The notes: generated by a model from the letters alone, not told the origin. 64,000 nucleotides of DNA from Callorhinchus milii (GCF_018977255.1 NW_024704743.1:115322001-115386000), one strand, 5' to 3'; positions 13,071 to 26,902 are shown, counted from the stretch's first letter. Numbers and translations: made by a program.

Positions 13071-15994
13071 CATTATTCTGCAATGTGTCTTGTGATAACT
13101 ACTGCTTATTGGCACATTAAGGTTGCGCAATATTTAAAGATCGACGAGGATTGCTATGTAGATGGCAAGTGATTTGATAAAAAGTTTTTTTTTGTTGATG
13201 CAAGAAAAATCTGAGTTGACTTAAGTGAACCAAATTTCAAGTTGAATATACACTTGTTAAAGAATTCCTTCCAGTTAGTGACCAGTGATGCCCTTTGCTT
13301 CTGCTGCTTTGTCTATCACACAAGCAATTGCATGCATCTGTTTCCTGCGTCAATTACTAGCTGAATTCATGGTAGATGCTACTGAACTATGCACCTGCCA
13401 TTTCTCCAAAGACCAGCAACAGGAAAAATAACTTCTTGGGCTATAGGGAATTTTACCATTGCCTCAACAAGTTAACACGGGTGGATGGGCAACTTGTGCT
13501 TTTGAAATGAGTAAGTTGTCAGATAATTTATGAGTTCAAGTCGTAGAGAGATGCAGTAAGTTCTTTCCTGCAGATTCATGTTGTGGGGGTGGGGGGAGTT
13601 CTCAGAATCATTGCTCAATGCAGCCCAGTATCCTGTTTTGTGAATGATTATATGGAGTTGTGGGAAAGTTTTTTTTGGTAAATCCCACTGCTTTCCTGTT
13701 GCAAAACTTTCCCATTGATTTTCTTTAGTTATTCTTCAGTATTCAGCTGGCTTTAAATTGAATGCAAGATTTCCCAAAATGATAAAAAAAAACTACTTAA
13801 CATGAAACATCCTGAAATTCACAAAGGTCTGAATTACTTCCCATATGTGACGAACAGAAATGAGTTAAGATCATACACAAAGTGGGACTATGTTTTCATA
13901 ATATATTTTGCTTAATTTTGCCTGCACTTTCAGTACTTTGGTTAAGGAGTGCTGCTTGTTGGGAAATGGGAAGATCATTATACCAGTGATATTACTCTTC
14001 ATTCTGACCTTTCTTCAAAAACAATGTTTGCAATTCAGGTATATAGATAATAATATCCCAACAAATTAATTGGCATTGTGTCTTTCACATTAGTAGGATG
14101 TTCCAAAGAGCTTCACATGATGTACTGTAAAGTGCAATGATTGTTTTAGGGGCAGCCAATTTGCAGGCAGCAATGAATTGAATAGCCATTATGGAAGTGG
14201 ATTCAGGAATCTTACTTGGCCAATAAGTTAATAAATTAATACTGAGTAACATTTTTTGTAAGTAAGTATTTACAAATAGTTTCAATTGGTATTTCAACAT
14301 CAATAAGTTGCATTTAGATAGCGCCTTTCACATCGGGAGGATGTCCCAAGATGCTGAAATTTCTACTTAGACATTTCTTAGAATTAAATGTGAATTGGTG
14401 TTGTGCTACGTACTACAGGAATGTATTGGGACAATGTTACGAATCACAGGTTTCATTATGATCAGTTGAATTTGCAATATGATTTTCTCATGATCTTGAA
14501 ACAAACCTGCCATTGCAGTACTCTGTAAGTTTTAAGCATTCTTTTATATTGAGATAAATTGTTTTGACATTGACTGAATTTTCGATGGCTTAGGTAAAAG
14601 AATGACATTTTGGAGCTATTTTAAATATTTTTGGTTGATTGAGTTGGTTTCAGTTTAATAAAGCACATAATTCTGGAATGGTTTTGAGCCATTCCATTCC
14701 TAGGGTGATAATTGCAGTATTTACTGATTCTTGCTGATCAGCTTAATTTAGTTGGATCAATTTGCAATGTCAGCATCAAAGCTGCAATGCACAAATTAGT
14801 TTAGCGGCATACGTAAACAGTGACTGAGTTGACGCAGCAAATGTCTTGTGTCCCAGCACATGATGTGTAACACCTTTTAAAATAATAAAATTAAATACTT
14901 ATCTCAATGGCTTATCTGTTCTTGGTTGCTGCGTGACCTGCAGTGACGGAAAAGCTGAACGAAATGAGCCAATGTGATTTGCCACCTCTGAGCGATTTTA
15001 ATTATAGGTTGGCTCATTGGATTAAGCACAAAAGCAGGCAAAAACTAATCATGGCTTACCACCACGATAAAGCAGTAAAACGTGTATACCAAATGTCTTC
15101 TAGAACTTTGTAACTAAACAGACCTTTATTACTGGAGGTTTAAATGTGAATTTTTATGACTAACAGCCACTGTGGCCCAAATGTTTTTGTGTTCTTAGGC
15201 TTAAGACCATTGTCTTCAAATTTAAGATGGTGAAGAATTTTGGACCCTAACAGTTTTAAGTCTTAATTTTGAAGCTGATTTTCCACATATCTTTTAAGGT
15301 ACCACAGAAAATGCAGAATAGCCCAACTTCTGTCTAACATCTCACCTATTTTGTTGGCCATCAAAATAAATGTTTCTTGATTGAGCATTTCTTGATATCT
15401 GACATAAATCTGTGCTATTTTTTATTTCTATGATTATTTTATTGGACAACCAAAAAGATTGGCCATCTCAGTCCCTGACTGTGATCTCCATTCCCAAACA
15501 TAACCTTCTGATCCAAATGGGAAAGTGCTTCCTGCTGATTCAATATGAAATCCCAGGAACCAAGACATGAGCTACCTGTGAATTTTATTATTTAATGTAG
15601 GTTTTGAATGAAGGGCTGGTTATGTAGAGGGGAGAATCAGTAATTATTTCATTAATGTGACTAATTTGCAATTGCAGTGAACATTTTGATAAAAGTGCAA
15701 TGTTAAATATGTTTGACATTTCACAGTTCTATTAATACTTTTAAGGCTCAAAGATAAAGTACATACTTTTGGTTATAATGGGATTAGTGTACTAAACAGG
15801 TATGTAATAAGTGCATCCTTGTGCTGATGAGCTGCACTTGGGTTGGTAATACTGAGGTGACCAATGACTGAAGTAAGTGAAAAGTATAGATCAATTGATC
15901 AGCGATTTGAGGCTAAGATCATAGAGACTGATAAGTGGCTAAAATTGATGTATATGTTTCTTTAAAAAAAATTGCAAGTAAAAGTTCAAGGCAA

Positions 15995-16305
15995 GGTTCA
16001 GGACTAATGGTATGGTTAGTAGCACTCTTTCCTCTGACTTTGAGGGTTTGTGGGTTCAAGCCCCACTTTAGGACTTGGAACTCATATGATCTGACACTCC
16101 AGTGTAGTGCTACATTGTTGGAGGTGCCGCCCTTGAGTTGAGATGTTAGACTGGGGCTTCATCTGACTGTTCAAGTGGACATTATGGATCCCATGGCACT
16201 ATTCAAAAAGAGTTTTGGCCAACAATTCCCCAAATAAAATTGGTCATTCGATTTATGACTGTTTGTGGGACATTGCTGCGTGAAGTTGGCTCCTGCATTC
16301 ACTGA
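15995..16305 (+). mobile_element. Older, diverged tRNA-headed Deu-type SINE
   Basis: tggttagtagcactc...gggttcaagcccc head and Deu-like gtttgtgggacattgctgcgtgaagttggc. A related piece sits at ~5190-5360. Confidence 0.55.
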
Positions 16306-16730
16306 CAAAAAAAACATACGCATTCATATTTTCAAGGGACTACATAGAGGCATAGCAACACTATCAGGCAGAATAGATCATTGATGCATCTAGACTATTC
16401 AGCAAACTTATTAAATTTGAAAGCATTTCACTTTTATTGGTGGAACAGTGTGCATTTGTTTTGCAATTGAGCAGACCATGTTATCAGCTACTGGTTACGC
16501 AGCCTTCATTTGGAATTCTAGAGGGGCATTATTTACAATATATCTGAATTGCAGTGTCTTGATTTATGACTTATTTTTGCCGATTGTTAACAATAAATAT
16601 TCAACATTTAAATTTACCTTGGCATCCTCTCGATGAGAAAGGTGCTATATAAATGCAATATGTTGTCGTTTACGCAGTGTGTTTTTGCCCACAGGACACC
16701 TTTAGCTTAAAATGTTCTTTCTTTTTACAG

Positions 16731-16919
16731 GTCTTCCAGAACAGTACTATAGCCTCACCTGGTTCCTTAGCCCGGTGCTGGGATTGATTTTCACTCCATT
16801 GATAGGCTCTGCTAGTGACCGATGCACCTTGACGTGGGGCCGCCGGCGGCCTTTCATCCTGGCTCTTTGTGTTGGTGTCCTCTTGGGTGTTGCACTGTTC
16901 TTGAATGGCTCCCCAATAG
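16731..16919 (+). CDS. SLC45A4: SLC45A4 internal coding exon (first coding exon seen in window)
   Basis: ttttacag|GT...ATAG|gtatat, 189 nt, phase 1-1. Encodes [46 protein letters not shown], including the SDRC..WGRRRPF motif of SLC45/sucrose-transporter-like MFS proteins. Confidence 0.93.
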
Positions 16920-19900
16920 GTATATACACAATCATCATTATTTCTTAGCTTATGGTAAAACTAACTTGTTTTTGAATTCATACCTTTGTGGATATTCAGG
17001 AAATAAATGGCAATATTAAAATTCCAAAATCTTTGGAATGTCACTTGTTGTATCAGATTTGCTTTTTGCTTCGAGATTCTGAGCAAAGATAGTATTTACA
17101 AACTGTTGCCTATTATGTGGTATTTGAAGTTGAAAATGTTACTTGTGAATCCCACAAATAGTTGTATTCATAAATACCAATGTTATTCAACATTTACCAA
17201 ATGTGTTTTTCTAACCAAACTAGGAGATTCTTGGCACTATTAGTCACCTCAGTCAAATGATATTTTTAATAGGAACTCCAGCATAGATTAACTTCTATAA
17301 TGGAGTAGCCTCTATTTACACGTGCCCTAGTAAAAATCCCATTTTTTGTCAGCCGATCATCTGATTCATGCCCATCACTATGCTTAACAGTTTCCAGACC
17401 AGACTGACAGTTTCCATTGCTACTTACACATGAGTGTATTCCTATGTCTAGAATTGAGTCCGCAATGTCTCCCTGGAGGGACACACCCTACTTATCTAAT
17501 TCAAGAATATTAGGTGCAGGTTGGCAAGAGCCAAAGATAAGGATTCCAGAATGTGCGTTGGGGTGATACTGGTGTTAATCAGCTAAAACTGCATAAATTG
17601 CATGTTGTGAATTACAGTGATATTATGATTGACATGCGTGCAGTTGCCTAGTGGTATTTAGAGTTAATAAACTTATTTTACAGTGTAATGATTTGCAATA
17701 TCCATATGGATAGATTAAGCTTACTTTATAGCAACTGCATTGATTTTATTTATGATTTTATTTACTGAATTGCATTTTAGATTTATTCACACGCAAGATT
17801 CCATAAATCTTAAGCTTGTTCACATGAGAAAAAATGCCAGGAAACAATTCAAAGGAAATGTTTCCTGTTGTTTTCCTTTAATCAAAGAATTCCCAAGCAG
17901 TTGTGAGACAAATCTGAGTCCACATCCTTTTGTTATTGGTGCAATGTGTTCTTATCAGACTCGGTTCCAAGACCACAACCGGAGGTGTTTTTTTTAAAAA
18001 AAAGCTTTTTAAAAGAAAAGAACATTTGTGTATAAATATACTCCCAACCAGTTTGTTGCATGTCAAAATTGATAACAAAAAATTCTACACCAGATTAATA
18101 CCAGTAAAATGAATCATTATCTTTTTGTTTAACTCAACATTCGTTGACACTACAGTCTTATCTGATTTTATATTTTTCAGTGAGATGCCTAGGTGTCAAT
18201 CACATGAGGGTAAATTGATTGTATTTTTCATGCATCACACTTGAGGCACAAATCCTATGAGCAACTATTTGACAAACTAACGTTGTTCATTCTTCAGAGA
18301 GAGAAATTGTTTCAGAGGATCTTAAGAGTTGTCCAGCATTTTAAATGGGATTTAAAAAAAGGTAAACCCAGAGCAATGCTTTAGGATTCTCCAGTAGAAC
18401 AAGAGGATGTGTGCTTAGAGTTAATAAAGGGAAATTTCAGAACAGACACTAGAAAGTTTTTCTTTAGTGAGAGGGTAATTAATGACTGGAACAGTTTGCC
18501 TGGAAAAGGTGCTGAGGTCATCCTTAAAAAGCAGCTCGATCCTGTGATAGGTGTACCATAGTGTTACAGAACTCATATCTCTGGATGAGAATTACACGCT
18601 CCTTCCAGGAACACTCTGAAAGGAGCGATCCTTCTCTTCTTTAATTACTATTTGGGTACGTGCCCGGTCAGAGCGGTCTCACAAAATACACCGAACACTT
18701 GGCTTTTAATAAAATATTTCTAAATTATTCAAACCCATTTGCTTCAATATATAGATTCCTGCATTCAGAGCATTTAATACAAAAATAACACAATTCTTAT
18801 ATAACACATTGATAATACTGTGTTAATATAATTTCAACAAGGCATAATATCCTATACAAAGATATCTAACCACTGAGCTTTAACATTTGGACCACTAGGG
18901 GGTAAACAAATAAGAATAACCTTACCCCAAATTCACATGTCTTCTAAGTTCCTGAGATTCTGAGTTTTTATAATTAGTAATGTTAGTATTACTTAAAACT
19001 CCAAACTTCAACAACTCTCGTATATCTCTATTCCCTCTCTTTCATACCTCAAATGTGCCCTTGTGACTTTTTTAGTCAATCAATTCTTGATACTTCGACC
19101 AACTCAACTTCTAATTGACTAACAATTACCTCCTTCAATAAATCCTTTGAAAACAAACTGGTTAAGTCAATTGTTGACTCAACTATGGTTCAGATTTAAA
19201 AAAACTCAGACAGGACCATTAAAAACTATTAACTCACAAAATCTAACAAAAAAAGACAAATTGAAAGCGCTTAACCAACATTTTTACACCTTAAGAGAGA
19301 AAAGCAGATTTATCTCAATCTAACAAATTCAACAGACTATCTGGCTTCGACCCCTAGCTGTAACCCTCTCCATGAACCCAAATATTTACCCTATTAATTC
19401 TTCACTACCTCATAGCAGGATGGGTGTTCTAATAGGATGAGATCAGATGGGTTAAAGGGCTTTCTTCACCTGAACCAATTTTGTGATCTTGTGATGTAGA
19501 ATCTTTCAAAAGCTCAAGGTAGAGATTTTTGATAGATAAGGACCTGGCTGTGATATTTTTCCCAGAGAAGGGATGGGATAGGTTTGGCTGGCTGTAAAAG
19601 GAGTTGGCCCAATTTTTTTTGTGCATCTACCTTCCTTCTATTCAATACTAGTCTATCTAATAGTGTATCAAAGTCAGTCTCGACTTGGCATTGTTTTCAG
19701 ATAGAAGAGCTTAGGAGAAACCCCAGAAGGCAAATCGGGTTTCAAATGCTTTTCTTGGATCTAATTACTATATACATCAGGGCAGTATTTGAGCTGTTAG
19801 TAGCTGTAACAGAATCGCTTCCTGTGTTTCTGGCTTGGCCCAAGATGAATCCAATAAAAAAAATACTTAAAGCATTGTTTCATGTAATGGCTTTGTTTTA

Positions 19901-20931
19901 CAGATACTTTAATTGCCTTTCTGTAGGTTTTCATCCTGTGACAGCATTCAGTGTTTAAAATGCGCCTTGCTTTTCCCCTGCTTGCAACTGTAGTATCTTG
20001 TATACTACAACTCCGCCGCCCTCCCTCCACCCCACTCCCAGGTATGCTGTATCGCACTAAGATCTTTGATATCACTTAATTAATCATCAGATCTCAGTTC
20101 TGTTGTGATCTGAATTTGTTTCGATTTTATTTAGGATAGTGACTAATTTGTAGATGCTTTATAATGCTTATACCCATTCATCTGTTGTGCTTATTGTGAT
20201 AATTGTCTAATTTAAAAACTAAGTTGTTTTGCTATCTCATATACTTTTAATAAGATGGTTTGACTCCTTTAAAAGCCAGAGGACCTGAAATTCTTCATAG
20301 TTTTAGTCTTAAGAACTGACAAATACAATTTTTAAAGAATTTTCTAAAATTATGCAGTTAAATGTTAAAACAGAGGTCCAAAAATCTGATCTTAAGTGTC
20401 ATTTAGTTACTTCTAAAAGAACAAACGTGGATAGATTATTGCAAAAATTAGAACACATACCAATGCTTTCACTGCACTGTACGTTAAGTTTTGTTTACAA
20501 AGAAATGCCTCATAAAATGTTAGCAGCTTGTCAGCAATGATTGCTGAACCCCTTAAAGGCAATCTACTGAATGTCTACAGTAACTTGCACAGACCACAGT
20601 AGACAAATTGTGTTTTGCTTTGAAGTTTAGTTATCACAAACTCGAGGTGTATTTTTAATGTGTGACTGCTGAGAACAGCTCACCACTGTGACAAGTTTAT
20701 TTCGACAACGCACAACAGATTTCTATTTCAGGCTCAATGCTTTCAGGGCTTCATTTCTGCCAGCACATAACAGAACAGAATTTTCTTAAATAAGAAAATA
20801 TGTAATAAAACCAACAAAATCATTGATAATAATGTGTAAGTAACAATATATTAATTTTCAATCTCAGCCTTTAATTAAGTCATGCAACACTAAAAATGCA
20901 GTATATTTAAAAATAGATGGTATTGTTTGAT

Positions 20932-21220
20932 AATATAATAATGCTTGCATTTGATGTAGCGCCTTACCTTGTCGTCGAAGTTTCAAAGCGCTTCACAGGA
21001 TATACTGTAAAGAGTAATGACTGTGTGTTTCGTGGATGTAACGAGGCACATAACTGCACACAGCAGTATTCCACATATTCGTGAATTGAGCGACCACATT
21101 TTTTTTGGAGGAAATATTACCCCCAGAAAGCAATCTGCCAATTGACTAACAAGCAAGTTCCTACTTAACTGCTAGGTCAACAGAAGAGTGTGGAATAAGG
21201 AAACTTGCCTAAGGTTTCAT
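20932..21220 (-). mobile_element. Diverged Deu-domain SINE, long variant, 5'-truncated
   Basis: aataatgcttgcatttgatgtagcgcc tail through ggaaacttgcctaaggtttc. Confidence 0.7.
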
Positions 21221-22218
21221 TCTTTAAACCAGATAATAGCTTTCTCTTTTTCCCCTATGCTTCAAGGAGAAAGAAAGGAAGCCCAATTGATTTGGACACG
21301 TTTTATACTGGCTTTAATACTTGCATCTGACGTAGTGCCTTACTCACTCACACACGAGAAGAACTGTATACAGTACTCTAGATGCGTCCTGGCCAAAGCA
21401 CTCGATAGCCTGAATACGAGCCGAGCGATCTTAATTGATTTAGTAATATAGTTCAACATCCTATTGGCCTTGTTCACTTGTTGGGCCTCAGATTTACACT
21501 TCACTATGGCAACAGACTAGTACATTCATTTATTCCAAACTATTTAGTATGTTTAACACTTAATCTCCAAATTATCTATTATTGGTCAGATAGCAGCTCC
21601 CTCGCTCAACCCATTGAACTGCTAGAACAGGCAAACATGACTGATAACATCTCATTGAAATCTCACTGCACTTCAATCTCACCCCAGACTGAGTTCATAC
21701 TTGCAGCACAATTTTCCAACCCAGAGATGAGATCGCTATGAAAGTGAGCCAAAATGACATTAAATTGATATTTCGTATTTTGCAAATCTTAGATATTTGT
21801 ATACAACAGCAACAAGATTACATCTGTCTAGCGCCTTTCACGTCGGGAGGACTTCTAAGGCGCTGGACAGTGTACAGCATTTCAGACTCGAGTTGGGGTT
21901 GGGGTGGGGGGAGAAAGAAGGGGAGGGGAAGGGGTGGGGCCAATCTCATGGTTGAAGAGGAGTGACTTGAGGCGGGACCTGAAGGAAGCGAAGGAGGGGG
22001 TGAGGTGGAGTATATGTTGCTTCTATTGCTCATATGGGATATCACACACCCGGGCAGACAAATCTGGCATTGTCTGGTTTTAGGAGTCCCACAGCCGTGT
22101 TTGGTCCACATTGAAACGCATGAAGTCAAGCTGTTCAGCAATGTTGCTAATTTTGCCCATCGAAAGTATTGGTTTTGGTTTTAAAATGTGCTGCAATGAT
22201 CTTCTACAACAGCATGGT

Positions 22219-22232
22219 CCAGCAGGTGGCAC
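22219..22232 (+). promoter_or_regulatory. CTCF-like motif
   Basis: CCAGCAGGTGGCAC matches the CTCF core consensus. Motif match only. Confidence 0.4.
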
Positions 22233-22636
22233 GTGGCCAGCGCTCTGGCAGGTAATTTTATGCGGCCTGTGACCATTTCCACCATTCCAACTTCCACTCC
22301 CTCCCTGGTGAGTGTCCTCCAGGGCAGCAGCAGGAGCTGGACTCAGCGCAGTCGCAGAACCTTTTCAATCCATGACCGTTTGTGGAACACTGCTGTGTGC
22401 AATTGGCTGCCGTGTTTCAATTTGTGCCGTGTTTCGCCAAAAATATACAAATATACAGTCAATTCACTTTACTTCTGTGAAGTGCTTTGAGATGTCCAGA
22501 AGACGTGAAAAGCGCTATATCAAATGCAAGGATTATTATTACTGCAATCTTGACAGGAAGGCAAGTGCGTCTCTTACCAACCGTGTTGTTAGCAACCAAC
22601 TGCCGGGTCCTGTGGCTGCAGATAATGAGCTGAGTT

Positions 22637-23090
22637 TGGGGTGGGGGGGGGGGGCGGGGGGCGCGGGAGGGAAAGAGGGGGATAGTGGAGAGAGGGATTG
22701 AGACAGGTAAGAGGGGAGAGAGATGAGGGGGAGAGAAAGGGTGGGAGGGAGTGGGGAGAAAGAGGGGTGCAGAGAGGAGAGAGCATGTGTGTAAGAGGTA
22801 AAGGGGGAGTGAGAGAGTAGGAGAGCAGAGAGATTGAGAGAGAGTGGCAGAGGGGGAGAATGTGAGGTGGAGAGAGGTGAGGTGAGGGAGAGAAAGAATC
22901 AGAGGGGGAAGATTAAGAGAGGGTGATTGAGAGAGCATTTGAGAGGGGATAATGTGGGAGAGAGTGAGGGAGAGGGAGAAGAGATAAGGAGAGTGGCGAG
23001 ATAGTGATTTGGGAGATGGAGTGTGAAAGGGAAGAGTGTGAGAAGGTATGGGAATTGAGAGAGTGCCTGAGAGAGGGGTGAGAGAGAAAG
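22637..23090 (+). repeat. G/A-rich low-complexity tract
   Basis: ~450 nt of GA/GGGA runs, opening with a long G tract. Explains the Ser/Pro/Leu-rich spurious minus-strand ORFs here. Confidence 0.9.
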
Positions 23091-24482
23091 TGTCCTTCAT
23101 TCTTCACCCTCTCTGCCCTCCACCCCCACCGCCCTCCGTCCCGCAGGATCAAAGCAGTAAATACTTGAGCCCTTGCTTCCATGAAGATTTATTCAATAAA
23201 ATAATTTTGGCAGGATGCAAGTGACTGAACTGCCTTCAGTACATACCCCAAAATAGGTTGACTTCTGAACAATAATTTCCATTTATTGAGATAACTGTAG
23301 CTGATCTTTAACTGCATATAATTTTTGCCACAACTCTCTTCCAGATATTATAGATGGAGATTTAATATATATCTATATTCCTTATTGAAAACACAGAGTG
23401 GTCATACCTTAGCAAATGTAACAGTTTGGGATTTTAAGCTTAAAATTAAAACTTTAAGTCAATTTAAATGCAATTGGCTGCCACGTTTTGCCCACAAATA
23501 TACAGTTAATTCACTTTACAGTATATTCTGAAGTGCTTTGAGATGAATCAAAAATGCAAGGATTATTGTATTATTTGGTGATTACCTGGTTTCACCCAAA
23601 TTGGAAAGAGAAACTATTGATCTTGACAACTACACAGGTGCCAGATTATGTTGCCTGCACTGGAAGCTATGCAATTTTTTTTAAAGACTGATGGAAAACA
23701 AGATCTAATTCACTCAAGTGCTTAAGCCAAGAAAATGCTCTGCGGCAGTGTGAATGCTGTTGGAAAAGTGGGTCACCTTGTAAAGCCATTTACTCTGTAC
23801 CATTTCAGTTCCTGAGTAATTGACAGTTGGCAAAATCCTTCACTGTCTCCAAACCTGATCTGCTTTAAGGAACTTCTAAATATATAGAAGGTAAGCCTTT
23901 GCAAATTCAGATGTGGATCTCAATACTAATAGAAATAATTACCCACATGAGGGTGTGCCTCACATCATAGCCAGATAACAAAACCAACTTGCATTTATAT
24001 AGTACTTTTCACTTGGGGCAGTGTCTTGGAGCGCTTAACAATAAGCGGAGCCTGTTGCCGAGCTAGGTGGAGGGAGGAGATGACCGTAAGCATAGATAAA
24101 TTTGTATCTTTGGAAATGATGGTTTCAATGCCCAGATGGTGAGAATTCAATGAAAAGGAAAAATAAGCTACCATCAACAATTACTAGTTGTCTTGAGTTG
24201 GAGTTTTGATATTACCAGTATTTTCTAGAATAAGTGGAATATCCAGTTCTATATTATGAGAAAAAATTACAGCACTAATTCAATACTGTTAGTGTCTTCC
24301 CCTAAATATAGTGAGTGATAAAGTGTATATTGTCTCAAAGTTCTTAAGTTAAGGTAATATAAATGTTTTCAATTTGATAATTTCTTCTAAATCTTCATTT
24401 AGTAACTAGTGCAACTGCAGTATTGTGTTTCCTGGTGTTGTGTCTCTGCCGGTAATTTTAGAGTCTAGAATTTATTTTTTAG

Positions 24483-24662
24483 GTCTGGCCATTGGTGACG
24501 TACCTGATCATCAACCCATTGGGATAGTCCTGACTGTTCTGGGTGTAGTAATATTGGACTTCTGCGCAGATGCAACAGAGGGACCAATTCGCGCTTACCT
24601 GCTAGATGTGGCCGACACTGAAGAACAAGATATGGCACTCAATATCCATGCATTTTCTGCAG
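24483..24662 (+). CDS. SLC45A4: SLC45A4 coding exon
   Basis: ttttttag|GT...GCAG|gtttgt, 180 nt, phase 1-1. Encodes GLAIGDVPDHQPIGIVLTVLGVVILDFCADATEGPIRAYLLDVADTEEQDMALNIHAFSA. Confidence 0.94.
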
Positions 24663-24767
24663 GTTTGTGGCTTATAATTAGTTCAACAGCATTTTTACAG
24701 CCTTGTGCAAAGTATAAAAAAAAATAATTTACATAACACTGGTATATTTTACAATTAGTACAATAAC

Positions 24768-25116
24768 TATCCTGTAGCTCAGTGATTAGATACTGGCCTG
24801 AGAGACCTGGGTTCGATTCCAGGCAGGGTGAAATGTTAGGCAAATTTCCTTACTCCACATGCCTCCGTTTACCTAGCAGTAAGTAGGAACCTGGTTGTTA
24901 ATCGATTGATGGATCGCTTTTCCGGGAGTAATAATTCCTTCAGAAAAAAATTGGTCACTTCAATCCACGACTGTTTGTGGGACACTGCTGGGCGCAATTG
25001 GCTGCAGTGTTTCAACCACAAAATATAGTCAATTCACTTTACAGTATTTCTGTGAAGTGCTTTGAGACGCCTCAGTCGTGTTAAGGCGCTATATCAAATG
25101 CAAGTATTATTATTAT
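24768..25116 (+). mobile_element. Deu-domain SINE, long variant
   Basis: tcctgtagctcagtgatt...gggttcgattcc head, ccgtttacctagcagtaagtaggaacc insert, Deu domain and (att)n tail. Confidence 0.82.
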
Positions 25117-25823
25117 CCAATTGATAAGTCAGGAAGGTTGGTCTGCCATGTGTAATGAACAATGTCTTATGGACCCACCTGACTTTGCCACTCTGGTGTA
25201 TCGGAGTAATTTCAGGTCCAGTGAAGAGAGACCCAGCTTACTTCTGTTCTTATCTCTTACCTACACAAGGTTAATTCTTCCTGTTAAAGTTGAACGGTGT
25301 ATAAATATTGAGATTCAAATCTGATCCCATGTTAGGTGCTCAACCAACTGAGTTACCAGAATATTATGTGTGAAATTATTTCAGGAGGAAGGAAGTGAAA
25401 CCAATCTCCTACAAGATTTAGATATGGGTCTAATGGAGAACATTAATTTGAACATACGGTATCTCAACAATTGACACAATTTTTTCAACACAAACATTAG
25501 AAATGGGACTGATGACATTTTTCTGAACCTACTTATAATATCCATTTCAGTATATCTCCTGGAATGTATTCCACTACTATAATAATAATACTTGTATTTG
25601 ATATAGCACTTTTCACGTCCTCTAGACATCTAGGGTTGAGGAGCTTGAAGTAGGTGAGAGAGGGGAGAGTTTCTAATGTACCTCAATTTCAACTTGCATT
25701 TTGGTAACAAATCTGAACTCATTCAAAAAGGTGGTTACAGATAGAGGTTAAGTGTATTGTTAAACTTGCTGTTCTATTGGAGATATGTTACATTCACCTT
25801 CCATCTGCATGCTTTCTCCCCAG

Positions 25824-26902
25824 GTCTGGGCGGGGCTGTTGGCTATATGCTGGGTGGTTTAAATTGGACACAAACGTTTTTGGGCCAGATCTTCAACTCC
25901 CAACAACAGGTGCTCTTCTTCTTTGCTGCCATCATCTTCTCTGTGTCTGTCGGTTTACATCTTTTCAGCATTGAAGAAGAGCAGTACAACCCTCAGCAAG
26001 TCCGTATTGATGAGGAACCCAACCCCAACTCGGATATTAAATTGAATGGCAGCTTCCCACCTCACCCCAGACTGGACCTGATCCATGAGGATGGGCATTA
26101 CTCAACTTCAATTTTCCCTGATGAAACCCGCTCAGAACAAGATCTTGATATGGACTTCCTGGATATAAATATTGGGAGGAGCAAAAGTGATTCTGTTTTG
26201 CACATGCCAGACGCAACAATAGAAGTTGAATCAGAGCTGCTGTATCTGAGGAATATTGAACCTTCTATTTTTCAGGACCAATATGATAGTAGTACTTACC
26301 AGTCTACCACAAGCTTACCCAAACATAGCAAACCTGAGATATCATCGCGCTTCATTCACATCCCTTCCAGGGAACAGGAGAGTGAAGACATGCTGCTGGA
26401 TGACATGAGAACTGATTCTAAAGTGGCAAATGGGATAGTTGATGATTTGACTAATGGTAATGTCAATCAGATTGGAATGAAGTCATCCACCACCTGCAAT
26501 TCCATGCGCAGACGAAGGCACATGTTCTACCGGCAACCATCCTACACTTTTTCGTACTATGGCAAAATCGGTTCCCACCGCTACCGCTTTCGTCGTGCCA
26601 ATGCCATTGTCTTGATAAAATCCTCACGCAGCATGAATGACCTGTATGACATGCAGAAGAGACAGCGACAACGACAGAGAAATCGCAACCAGAGTGGCCT
26701 GACCAATTTAAGTGGAGATACCGAAAGTGAGGAAGGAGAAACCGAGACCACGGTGAAGCTTCTATGGTTGTCCATGCTGAAAATGCCAAAGGAGCTCTTA
26801 AGACTCTGTGTGTGTCATTTGGTGACGTGGTTTTCTGTGATCGCAGCTGCAGTGTTTTACACAGACTTCATGGGACAGGTTATATACGGTGGGGATCCAA
26901 AA
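25824..26902 (+). CDS. SLC45A4: SLC45A4 large coding exon (TM segments plus long central cytoplasmic loop)
   Basis: ccccag|GT...CCAAAA|gtaagt, 1079 nt, phase 1-0. Lies within ORF 25757..26980: GLGGAVGYMLGGLNW...RSKSDSVLHMPD...LWLSMLKMPKELLRLCVCHLVTWFS...FYTDFMGQVIYGGDPK. Confidence 0.95.

Noticed and set aside
14800..15080. Intronic enhancer or alternative promoter (scattered CpGs, CCAAT boxes)
   Set aside because: Short motifs only; cannot be distinguished from chance without conservation or chromatin data.
1..16730. First coding exon or promoter of SLC45A4
   Set aside because: I found no exon encoding the expected N-terminal GREFCYA-type segment and no CpG island. It probably lies upstream of the window.
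18700..19400. Mitochondrial insertion suggested by G-poor skew
   Set aside because: No recognisable mitochondrial tRNA, rRNA or protein sequence.
22459..23182. 213-aa and other minus-strand ORFs
   Set aside because: Artefacts of a low-complexity CT-rich strand that lacks stop codons.
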